Positions 37,401 through 45,473 of a stretch of 64,000 nucleotides of DNA are shown here, piece by piece (positions within the stretch are counted from its first letter, which is position 1; each line of letters starts with the position of its first letter). The translations under genes were made by a program, and so were the position numbers. The stretch comes from Sphaerodactylus townsendi (lineage: Eukaryota). The DNA lies in NCBI RefSeq assembly GCF_021028975.2, contig NC_059429.1, positions 139,314,001-139,378,000 on the forward strand. The letters run 5' to 3'. A model generated the notes under the pieces. It was not told the origin of the DNA, did not search any database, and saw only the letters and a list, made by a program, of their open reading frames with translations.

Positions 37401-40400
37401 CTGCACTGTATTGTCGAAGGCTTTCGCAGCCTTTCACATGTAACGCACTCCTCTCTGTGAGACACCTCTGAAGATGCCAGCCACAGATGCAGGCAAAACG
37501 TTAGGAAAAAGATCTACCAGACCACGGCCACACAGCCTGGGAAACCCACAACAGCACTTATACTGCACTGCTCTTCCCAGCAAGGACCCAAAGCAACTCA
37601 CAACTTTCTCCCTGCCTCCAGTTCACTGTTACTTTTTATAAATAATAAACATGACATGTTAATGCAGATCACGGTATTACCGCAGTACGAGCACAGCGCA
37701 TTTTTCTGGGCCAGCCCCTTATGACATAGTCCTGTTTCCTTCATGAAAATGCTCTCCTGAGAAATTGGGTTTTATGTAGTTTGTAACTTTCCTGGGAGCC
37801 TTCGTGACCTCCTTGGGCCGGCCGTTTCTCAGGGTGGGGGCCCAGTTCAGAGAAAGCAGATGGGTGGCTGCTGATCTTGCCCAGTTGCACGGCGGCTCTT
37901 GCAGAAGGCCCTGCTGAGACAAGCGTGTTGGGAGGTGGTTGGAGGTGCTCTTGTGGAAGTGAGTGTCCAAGTTCATGAAGGCCAGTGCCCTTGACTGATG
38001 GGCAGCCAGTGGAGTGCCTGCAGAACGTGTGTGCGTGCTCCAACCAGCTCCTGAGAATCACTGAGCTATTGGTGTTTTGCACCAGCTGACGTCTCCAAAT
38101 TGAGGGAGGCCCATGTAGATNNNNNNNNNNNNNNNNNNNNNNNNNNNNNNNNNNNNNNNNNNNNNNNNNNNNNNNNNNNNNNNNNNNNNNNNNNNNNNNN
38201 NNNNNNNNNNNNNNNNNNNNNNNNNNNNNNNNNNNNNNNNNNNNNNNNNNNNNNNNNNNNNNNNNNNNNNNNNNNNNNNNNNNNNAAGCTGTTCAGTGCT
38301 GCTCAGAAGGACCATTCCCAGCTAGCCCAACGTTCCTTTCTAGTTGCTGACGCAGCTGCTTCTGGAGCAGGGGCCGGCAGGCATGGAGTCCAGCGCCTTC
38401 CTCGAGATCCGAGACCTGGCCCGGCGATTCTCGCTGCTGTTTGGGCTGCATCGGCTGCAGAACCGCTCGGCCCTTGTCAAGCTGCACAAGTGAGGCTGCT
38501 GCCTTCTCCTGAAGGGGGGTGGGGGAGGGTGGCCTGGCGCCAGGGAGGCGGTTTCCGGGGAGAGACGGAGCAGTTCTACAGCTGGGTAATGCCGTGCTTG
38601 GCGGTCTCTTCCTTATGCAGGGATGGGATCAGGTTTGCTTTCCAGGCCCCCGCATCTCCCAGTTCCAAGCTGGGACTCGTCCACTTGCCATTCCTGGAGC
38701 TGCTGAGTGAGTTTTCCCCACGGCTGCTGAATCCGGACAAAGCCTTCCTGTGAGTGTCCTGACGGCGACGGCACTTTGAGCTTAGCCGTGCGGGGCTCTG
38801 CCTTTTGAAGTCTGGTGGGTTGGTGGGGTCAATTGATCGGTTGGGCTGCTTGAATTCCGTGGGTTTTTTGGTTTTCCTTTTAAATCTTTTTGGGATAGCT
38901 TCAGGGTGGGTGGAATGAGAGGGAGTGGGTTGGCTGGTGGGTGGGTGGCAGGTGGACATACGAGGGACACCTAGGCAGGATTTGGTGGTAGGAATTGAGC
39001 CAGTGAGATTCTGCAGGGATTGATGTTCAGGCCCTCTTAAATTGTGTGGCACCGGAGATCGGCTGCAAAATGCCCAAGTTCGGTGGATGTTACCCAGTTG
39101 TTGAGAATGGTGAGAGCAGAAGCTGATGGGGGGGGGGGGGGCTCCAAAAGGATCCCTTCAAAGTGGATAAGTGGACAACAGAGTGGCAAATAATGGTACA
39201 TAAGTGCAAAACGATGCACACAGAATTGCCACACATGTTGTGTCTGTGGGCCCTCAAGGCACAACTCACTCGTGGGAGCCTCGCGGGGCTCCTCAGGTGC
39301 AGGGGACACGCCGAGATGGTTCTCCATTGCTGGCCTCTGTGTAGCAACCCAGGAGTTCCTCGGTGGCCTCCCATCCCAGGCTGACCCCGCTGAGATCTGG
39401 CCAGGCTGGGCTCCCCTGGGCATCCAGGTCAATGCAAACGGCAACATCCTGACTCTAAAAATCTGCTGATGGGATGTGGGCCAGATCGGCCAGAAGAGAT
39501 GTCGCGGTTCTCTCTGTCCCATCCCAGGTCAGAGCAGCTGTGGAGCTGCCTGGAACAGATGGGGTTAATTGGATGGAGCATCCATGCTGGTGTCTGGAAA
39601 TGAAACATGTCAGTCACCCAGGAAAGGTGTTTTTTCTCCTCCCTGTGGCTGTTTGTGCCTCATGCCTTCCTTTTTTGTGCATTTCCTACTACCTGGGAAC
39701 GATGCTGGGCATTCCAGATGTGCACCTTGGGAGACAAGAGTCCTGTACCACATACCCTATCGTCTGAACTTCAGGCCTCCTGTGTATGTGTGTGTGTGTG
39801 GGGGGAGGTTGACTCTCTTGAGTTGCAGTTGGGAAGGGGTGTCACTGACTGTGGCCAGAGTCGGCACTTTGGGCTATGCTGGGGATGCTGCCTCAACCGA
39901 AAGCCCAGGCTGGAGCCCCCCTGTCTTGCAGGGCCTGTTGAACTGGACTGCGTCCCGCAGGGCCCTGGTCTCAGCTGACAGAGGCCCACCCTGACTCTCT
40001 TGGGGCTAGGGGCCACAAAGGTTGCTTCTGGCAGAATGGGGGGAATATGGAGAGAGGCAGTCCTGTAGGCACAGCGGTCCCAAACTGCTCAAGGCCTTAC
40101 AGGTTAAAACCTAAACCTTGAACATGACCCAGAATTCAACCAGTAGGCAGTGCAGGTGGAGAAGCGCAGGATAAATATGTGCTCTGACTGGGGTCCCTTC
40201 TGGACCGGTTGTAGCTTCCGGAGTCGGCCTGCGAGCTCCCGCAGTCCAGCCTGGAGGTGACTGTTATGTGCATCATTGTCACCAGGTCTGGCCAAAGAGG
40301 TAGGGAGCCAACAGGCTAGCCTGGGAAAGGGGGAGAAAGCCCACCATCTGGACCTCTGTTGACAGGGAGGACACCAGGATCACGCCCAGCTTTTGACAGG

Positions 40401-43196
40401 AGTGGCAGGTGTATTTTCAGCAGCTGGCCCCCCCCCCCCCCCATAGCCCAGCCGTGGAACCTCCGTCTTTGATGGATTCAATGTAATGTTAATTTTGTTT
40501 CTGCATAGATTTTCTGTACTGCCAGAGTCACAGCAAAAGGGTGGCCTCTGAATGAAACAAGCAGGCCAGGTGCCCTCTTCCTGATCACGTGTGCCTCCTC
40601 CCCAAGCAGCCTGTCCTATTTAAGGACCGTGAGCCACGCCCACGCCAGCCATCGAGGGGAGCTCAGCTGGGCATCCGTCGCCGTGTATCAGCACTCTCTC
40701 AGCCCCCAACCGGACGCAGCCTCCCAGCCCGGCTCAGCCGCCAAGAAGAGACGTGGATCAGCTGCCAAGAGGAGGCGCCTGGACGGTGAGGAGGGCTGGA
40801 GGAATCGGGCCTGGGCAACGAGTGAGGGGTGCCAGTCGCCAGCACGGCAGCCAGGAGTCCGGCCTGAGGGCTGCTCTGTCTTGGGGGGGGGTGGGGGGCG
40901 GGGCAGAATAACGGCCGCTGCTTCGGTCTCTTTTGCCAGAGTCACCCGAACTGGGCAGTTCCAGCCTCCCTTCCGGCAGCCGCTTGCAGACCCCTCTGCT
41001 GACCTCCACAGCTCTGAAGGGGAAGCAGCTGCTCCTCACGGGTCCGGCGGAATCTGTGGAGTCCAGCTCTGAGTCGGAGTTTGTGCAGAGGTGAGGCGTG
41101 GGTGGAGGGCAGTAGCCCAGGCGGCTTCCAGGTGGCCCTTTGCGGGGGCTAGCAAGGCCGATCTGGGAGGCAAGGGGCTCCTCCAGGACCCTCTAGGAGC
41201 AGACGGGACCCCAGGGATGCTGCCGGTGCCTTTGGGATGTTTTTTGGGGGAGGTGGCAGTAGACGAAAACGACACAGGGTGGTTCCCCTCCCACCAGTGG
41301 TGGCCAGAAGCAAACAGGTCCTGTGAGAGGCTGCTTCGCGAGAGAGTCTCCACCTGCTTCTCTCCGTGTCCTTTGCAGCCAGCCAGCCCTGGGCTCCCAG
41401 TCTTCCCTCCGCGAAGCCCTTCTGAGCCAGAGGCAGCCGGAGGAGAGCGGCCTGGGCAGAAGGCTGGATCGGTAAGGGTGGCTGGCGTTATGTTTTTATT
41501 TGCTTGCAGAATTCCTGATTCGTGTGTCTGCCCAAGCAGGGCCACTAAGATGGCTGAGAGTTTAAAGCAGATAGTTCTAAAACGATCATGAACCCCATGT
41601 AAAATAAGGGCATTTTAATGTTCTTAATTGTTGTACTTATTTGAATGTTTTATGTGCGTCGCCTTGAGAACCCGATTGGGTGGAAAGGCAGTGTAATTTG
41701 TAAAAAAATAAATCACATTGTAATATTCCTGATCCCAGATGACTGAGGACTCTGCCCACATCTCGGAGAGGATCCATGCTGCTGCTGCTGGGAGTTACAC
41801 CCACCTCTCGCGCAGCCTAGGAATGCTCTCTTTGGTCCATCCCATAGATTGGCTCTAGATCTGGCTTCTGCAGTGTTCTTTGCCTTTGGAGCCAGAACAG
41901 CTGGGCCAGGTGCAGAACCATCCTTCTGTCTGAAAAAGCCCTCTTTCTTTTGTCGCAAGAGAAGGGACTCTTAGAGAAAAGAATCAGGACTGCCCAAGAT
42001 GCTGGTAATACAATGTCACATAGTTTTGGCAGAGGGAACTGTATGTTTTCTTCAATTAAGAAGAGAAACAACAAGGAAGTAAACAAGGAGTGCCAGCATG
42101 GTGTAGCAGTTAAGACCAGTAGAGCCTGTTCTGGAGAACTGGATTTGATTCCCCACATGTAGCCTGGGCCAGTCCCAGTTCTCTCAGAACTCTCTCAGCC
42201 CCACTGACCTCACAAGGTGTCTGTTGTGGGGAGAGGAAGGGAAAGGAGTCTGCAGGCTGCCTTACGGTTGAGAAAAAATCCAAATTCTCCTTCTGATGAG
42301 TCTAGGGTCAGGCGTCACATCTGAGTTGGCCTCCAAGCTTCCCTGGGGTGAACGGCCCTCCGGGCTCCATCAGATTGCTGCCAGACTGACATGAGGAATG
42401 ATCATGCCCAGTTGTCCCTCCCCCCCACCCCCCATGACCGAAAACTGCCTGGAGCTGAGCTGCCCACGGGCCTGTGCTGCAAAGAAGGACGGACGTGTCT
42501 GGGTCTGCCCAGAGTCCCCGGCTGTGGCCTGAGCAGTAAGAAGACGAAGAGTTTGGATTTATATCCCCCCTTTCTTTACTGCAAGGAGACTCAAAGGGGC
42601 CGACAAACTCCTTTCCCTTCCCCCCTCACAACAAACACCCTGTGAGGTGGGTAAGGCTGAGAGAGCTCCAAAGAACTGTGACTAGCCTAAGGTCACCCAG
42701 CTGGCGTGTGTGTAAGTGCACAGGCTAATCTGGTTCACTAGATAAGCCTCCACAGCTCAAGTGGCAGAATGGGGGAATCAAACCCGGTTCCTCCAGATTA
42801 GAGTGCACCTGCTCTTAGCCACTCCGCCACTGCATAGGATGTGAAAATGACCAGGGAGAACTCTGGAGGGGTATTGGTTGGTTGCCCTTTTCTTCTCGGA
42901 GTACTAGGAGGGAACGTAGCAGAAGGCCCAATCCTGGAGTTTGCTGCGTCTGAAGATGGTGTCTGGGAAGGGAGGGGCAGGGGAGAACTTGCAGCACTGG
43001 AGAACATCTAGCCTGAGGCCTGGTTGTGACTGCCGATGAGGGACCCATGTGGGTTGTGGAGGCCAGGGCGTCCTGCTCCCCCTTCCTTGCCTCTGATGCC
43101 AGAGGGCTGAAACCGGTTTGTTCTGCTCATGCCTTCAGGCTGCTTCTGATGGAGGAGGAAGAGGAGGAGGAAGAGTCTAGTGAGGAGGCCGAGTAG
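433..43196 (+). CDS. STAG3: Cohesin subunit SA-3 (meiotic stromalin), 31 coding exons, ~1192 aa
   Basis: Exons (all GT-AG, frame-consistent): 433-527, 621-774, 1645-1752, 2484-2580, 4200-4276, 4376-4580, 4682-4833, 8400-8473, 8555-8678, 20509-20607, 25262-25341, 25438-25545, 25723-25822, 25917-26028, 26508-26611, 26704-26796, 31188-31277, 31387-31587, 32368-32438, 32662-32749, 33045-33140, 33212-33304, 34686-34860, 34966-35093, 35344-35445, 38344-38489, 38621-38749, 40610-40785, 40940-41090, 41379-41471, 43139-43196 (3579 nt). STAG/SCD motifs include [56 protein letters not shown] and [11 protein letters not shown]. The C-terminus ([16 protein letters not shown]) and linkage to MCM7/AP4M1 favour STAG3 over STAG1/2. 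The first and last exons are the least certain. Confidence 0.93.
1432..1577. mobile_element. Penelope-like element terminal-repeat fragment (inverted pair) with degenerate hammerhead motif
   Basis: Similar to the repeats at 30483-30869 and 37409-37556. 1433-1480 is inverted relative to 1520-1572. CTGAAGA at 1487-1493. Confidence 0.65.
2795..2968 (-). mobile_element. tRNA-derived SINE with CR1-like tail (degenerate)
   Basis: Minus strand begins GGGGAGGGGCTGCGGCTTAG and carries a GGTTCAAGCCCC B-box-like element. Confidence 0.5.
2995..3140 (-). mobile_element. 5S rRNA-derived SINE fragment (5S-Sauria-like)
   Basis: GGTCTCCTTTCCAAATACTAACCAGG matches the reverse complement of the 5S rRNA internal region (GGTCTCCCATCCAAGTACTAACCAGG). 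Confidence 0.5.
5565..7770 (-). mobile_element. Old L2 LINE 3' fragment interrupted by a CR1 insertion
   Basis: (TTTA)n tail near 5565. L2 RT-like sequence lies on both sides of the CR1. Minus-strand TATGCAGATGAC (YADD) at 7727-7738. Confidence 0.6.
6036..7345 (+). mobile_element. 5'-truncated CR1 LINE (RT C-half and 3'UTR), frameshifted
   Basis: [63 protein letters not shown]. Ends in TTCTTATG and is flanked by TGTAAGT at 6029-6035 and 7346-7352. Confidence 0.92.
10085..10400. repeat. Non-autonomous DNA-transposon-like squamate repeat
   Basis: GTTGCTAAC and TTGGCAGCC termini with duplicated 'ctgatct...ggagatc...ctccag...cacctgg' modules. A related piece lies at ~55325-55395. Confidence 0.4.
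12300..16892 (+). mobile_element. Decayed DIRS1-like tyrosine-recombinase retrotransposon (gag, RT, RNase H, YR) in STAG3 intron 9
   Basis: gag-like [19 protein letters not shown] (~12950-13010); RT PRVFTKVL...[13 protein letters not shown] (YLDD at 14434-14445); RNase [21 protein letters not shown] (14890-15090); YR-like [14 protein letters not shown]...[13 protein letters not shown] (16143-16436). Many stops and frameshifts. Left boundary unresolved. Confidence 0.85.
13520..13813 (-). mobile_element. MIR/Ther1-derived CORE SINE (Squam3-like) inserted in the DIRS element
   Basis: ccctgtgagataggtggggctgagagag...gcccaaggtcacccagc...gggaatcaaactgggttcctcc. Near-identical copies at 35611-35920 and 42541-42832. 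Confidence 0.75.
16893..18545 (-). mobile_element. RTE/BovB LINE remnant
   Basis: ORF 17845-18144 (-): [21 protein letters not shown]...[16 protein letters not shown]...IIRKAGLD, typical of BovB RT. BovB-like 3' sequence near 16893-16980. Confidence 0.8.
16987..17124. mobile_element. 138-bp near-perfect palindromic MITE
   Basis: Two 68-bp inverted arms with one mismatch; core ggactacaattcccatcagccc / gggctgatgggaattgtagtcc. Confidence 0.85.
19545..19923. mobile_element. GC-rich non-autonomous DNA transposon fragment with internal inverted repeat
   Basis: GAGCTGCTTTTATAAGCACTGAG (19607-19629) is inverted at 19715-19737. The segment ends in CTACGTCACTG, a TIR-like terminus. Confidence 0.5.
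20951..20996. repeat. (TTTG)n microsatellite at a LINE tail
   Basis: About 11 TTTG units. Confidence 0.9.
21150..22430 (-). mobile_element. 5'-truncated L2 LINE with an intact RT C-terminal ORF segment
   Basis: ORF 21504-22403 (-): [61 protein letters not shown]. (TTTA)n tail at ~21150-21180. Confidence 0.9.
23328..23364 (-). mobile_element. Penelope-like terminal fragment abutting a CR1
   Basis: gtcgaaggctttcacagccggattcaactgg closely matches the reverse complement of 30833-30863. Confidence 0.55.
23365..24425 (-). mobile_element. CR1 LINE fragment (APE endonuclease and linker)
   Basis: [60 protein letters not shown]. Confidence 0.88.
24465..24670 (+). mobile_element. CR1 RT fragment
   Basis: [28 protein letters not shown]; HLEQ..VQFW. 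Confidence 0.7.
26950..28330 (-). mobile_element. Old L2 LINE internal fragment (endonuclease to RT N-terminus)
   Basis: Minus-strand VPGDFNIH (ORF 27979-28278) and [12 protein letters not shown]...[11 protein letters not shown] (~27270-27385). Confidence 0.6.
28848..29578. mobile_element. AT-rich hAT-like DNA transposon remnant
   Basis: Repeated GATTTAAATC-type subterminal motifs and a terminal TTGATTTTTATCCACC. Confidence 0.45.
29960..30125. mobile_element. Penelope-like terminal repeat fragment (inverted pair)
   Basis: gggtttccgggctgcatggccgtg...gcctgcatctgtgcctggcatc followed by ccgtgaaagccctcgacaa, as in the other copies. Confidence 0.6.
30483..30869. mobile_element. Penelope-like fold-back element with hammerhead-like motif and 12-bp TSD
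   Basis: Long inverted arms meeting near 30640. TGTTCAGATCTC at 30471-30482 and 30870-30881. Inserted in a decayed minus-strand CR1 RT fragment. Confidence 0.8.
35611..35920 (-). mobile_element. Squam3-like SINE
   Basis: Homologous to 13520-13813; (GAA/GAG)n tail. Confidence 0.75.
36911..37391 (+). mobile_element. Young CR1 3' end with (GTTCTTAT)3 tail
   Basis: Near-identical to 6905-7347 ([18 protein letters not shown]...). Confidence 0.9.
37409..37556 (+). mobile_element. Penelope-like terminal fragment with hammerhead-like motif and 14-bp TSD
   Basis: CTTACACTGCACTG at 37395-37408 and CTTATACTGCACTG at 37557-37570. CTGAAGA at 37468-37474. Confidence 0.7.
38121..38285. other. Assembly gap (165 N)
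   Basis: Run of n inside STAG3 intron 25. The flanking exons join in frame, so no coding exon needs to lie in the gap. Confidence 1.
42090..42295 (+). mobile_element. MIR-like/Squam3-like SINE (degenerate)
   Basis: gccagcatggtgtagcagttaag...tctctcagccccactgacctcacaagg...gggagaggaagggaa. Confidence 0.6.
42541..42832 (-). mobile_element. Squam3-like SINE
   Basis: Near-identical to 13520-13813. Confidence 0.78.
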
Positions 43197-45334
43197 GGTA
43201 AGGATGAAGCCTAACACGCCGCTTTAGTCCTGGGGGGGGGGGGAGTGCAGACCGGCTAAGCCCCCTTTCTTGCCAGCTGCAGAGTATTCTGCCCCCCATC
43301 AGCTTTCTGATGCTAATGCCCCCCATCAGCTAATGATGCTAATGCACATAGAACATCTGCCATCCGGAGCACCTCCCCCCCCCCCCCCCGTGGCCTCCTG
43401 GTCGGTCCTCACAGCCACCTGAGGAGGGGGGGCAGCACTTTCTTCATGTCTTGCCTGGGGCTGCCCAGGAGAGCTGTGATCCCCGGGCGACTTCCCCACT
43501 CCTTTCCTGAGGACGTGGCGACTTGTCTGGGTTAGCTTTTCAACCTCTGCCTGGCAGACTCTTTCACACAGTCTGAAGTGCCGCCAGGTACGAGGGTGGA
43601 AAAGCTCCGTTACAGACAAAATGCTTGTGGACGTAGACAGGGGAAAATGGCGCATGGCTTTTTAAAAAGGGGGAGTCCTTCTCCCTGCCGCTCACCCTTT
43701 TCAAGTTCCTGGAGAGAATTCAGAGGCCCGCTGGATCATGTGGATGGGGCAGTGGATTAAATCTGATAAAGAAAGAAGTGCTGTGCAACTTCCCAAAAGC
43801 TTTTGCCAAACGCACCATTCAAAAGCTCTTGCAAGGCGGGCAGGGGGCTAATGGGAGGGGTCATCCCATGGCTGGACGAGGTAACAAGCGGCGCGTGGGG
43901 GTGGCCCAGAGGACTGGTTGGGCATGATCTGGGATCAGAGGTGGGTCCCAGCTTGTGAATGAGGCCAACTCACTCCTGCTGGCTTTAAAAACAAACAAAA
44001 CAGGCCCGGCCACGAAGAGCATTGATTGCACCGCACTGGAGCTGGACAGCAGGCTGTTGGGCGGGCCCCTGTCCTTGCCTGGGGTGGGGCCGGGGGGGGG
44101 ATTGGCCACGAAGAACTGGATGACCACTCGTCAGGGCTCCTCTAGGCTGATCTTGCACTGAGCAGGGGGTTGGACTAGATGGCCTCTCTGGCCCCTTCCC
44201 ACTCTGGTTCTAAGCGCATTCGGATCCACCCTCTCCTCCTCCTCCTCCTTGCAGCTGTCTGTTAGGTCGAGAGAGGCTGGCTGTCCCCAACTCACCCAAA
44301 GAGCGTGATGAAAAGCCAGGCTCAGCCAGGCCCCAGTGTGGAACGGGAGGAGCCGGAGGGGTCGGCCTTAAGGGAAAAGAAGCTGGTAGCTCAGCAGACT
44401 CAGACATGCCGGGGGGGGGGCGGGGGGGGGATCGTCTTCTCTGTTCCCAACCCTAGTAAGTTCAATGACAATTTCTGGGCGGGAGGCTCCGTGGAGAGGA
44501 CTGGCTACCGGCCCCCGTGGCCCCAAAGCAGCCTGGGCAGGAGGGAGGCCTGGGTTTCATTGTGTTGCCAGCTGGTCTCACAGCACAAGCCAAAGGCTGC
44601 TGGACTAGGTGGCCCAGGGGCTCCAGCAGGGCAAGGCCACCTGCCTGCGATGGTCGAGCTGGGCCAGGAGCAGGAGGAGTCTGGTGCAGGGTCTGCTCTT
44701 CAACTCCCGGGGGGGGGGGGGCACGGACACCTGCTTCCTCAGCCGAACCTCCCTCCCTCCGTGGAGCAAGCAGGCCAGTGGACAGAAGCTCTTCCGCCAC
44801 TTCCAGGGACTGCTCGAGGGAAGGAGGCCGGCTGCTGGGGCCTGAGGTGCCTCTGGTCTGACCCGGCACTCTTGGGCTTTGCTGCCACCTGGAGGTCCAC
44901 CCAGCACACCTGGTCTGCCCTCGTGCAGCAGCCCCCCCTCCCCAGTGCCCAGTGGCTTTCCTTTGGGCCTGGTAGCTGCAGGGCTACCCAAGCAGAGGAC
45001 TGCTGAGCGGGCCGCCTCCGGTGTGTCTGCTGGTCTCCAGTTTCTTTCTCTTTTTACCTGGGTAGGACCCTGGATGCGGCTGGCTGGACGCAGAGCCCTT
45101 CCACCGCGTGAGTTTTCTGCGCACCGTTTCCATGGATGCCGGGGAGCACCATGCCTGTTGCGTTTGTTGTCGGTTCTGTCTCTGGATCTCGTTTAGCAAG
45201 AGAATGCTGTTTAATTCTCATTTCCCAAAATCTGTTGATGCCAAGTAGGAGTCCCCCAACTGCTGCTTCTTGGCTTCTACTGGTTCTCCCACCCTCTAAA
45301 GGAAGCCTCCTCAGTGATTCTTGTAACTTAATTC

Positions 45335-45340
45335 TTTATT
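45335..45340 (-). terminator. AP4M1 polyadenylation signal (AATAAA)
   Basis: TTTATT on + strand, ~135 nt downstream of the AP4M1 stop. Confidence 0.6.
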
Positions 45341-45368
45341 AGCCCAGCATTACTAATGTTTCCTTGTT

Positions 45369-45378
45369 AATAAATAAA
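45369..45378 (+). terminator. Candidate STAG3 polyadenylation signal (overlapping AATAAATAAA)
   Basis: Followed by GT-rich TGTTTTTGGTTG. It is the first AATAAA I found after the candidate terminal exon at 44255. Confidence 0.5.
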
Positions 45379-45473
45379 ACATGTTTTTGGTTGAAGCAGC
45401 CTCCCTGGGTCCAAAAGGAAACTGCTTTCAGGGCGGAAGAGGCGCATCTTCAGGCCGCCGTTAGAAAGAAGCG

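Noticed and set aside
38121-38285. Possible STAG3 exon hidden in the N gap
   Set aside because: Exons 35344-35445 and 38344-38489 join in frame and collinearly with known STAG3.
43955-44161. Peptide IDCTALELDS resembling the mammalian STAG3 C-terminal tail
   Set aside because: The preceding AG has no pyrimidine tract, the similarity is weak, and it lies beyond the stop codon.
44305-45006. 233-aa ORF between STAG3 and AP4M1
   Set aside because: No recognisable domain and it crosses G-runs. More likely STAG3 3'UTR.
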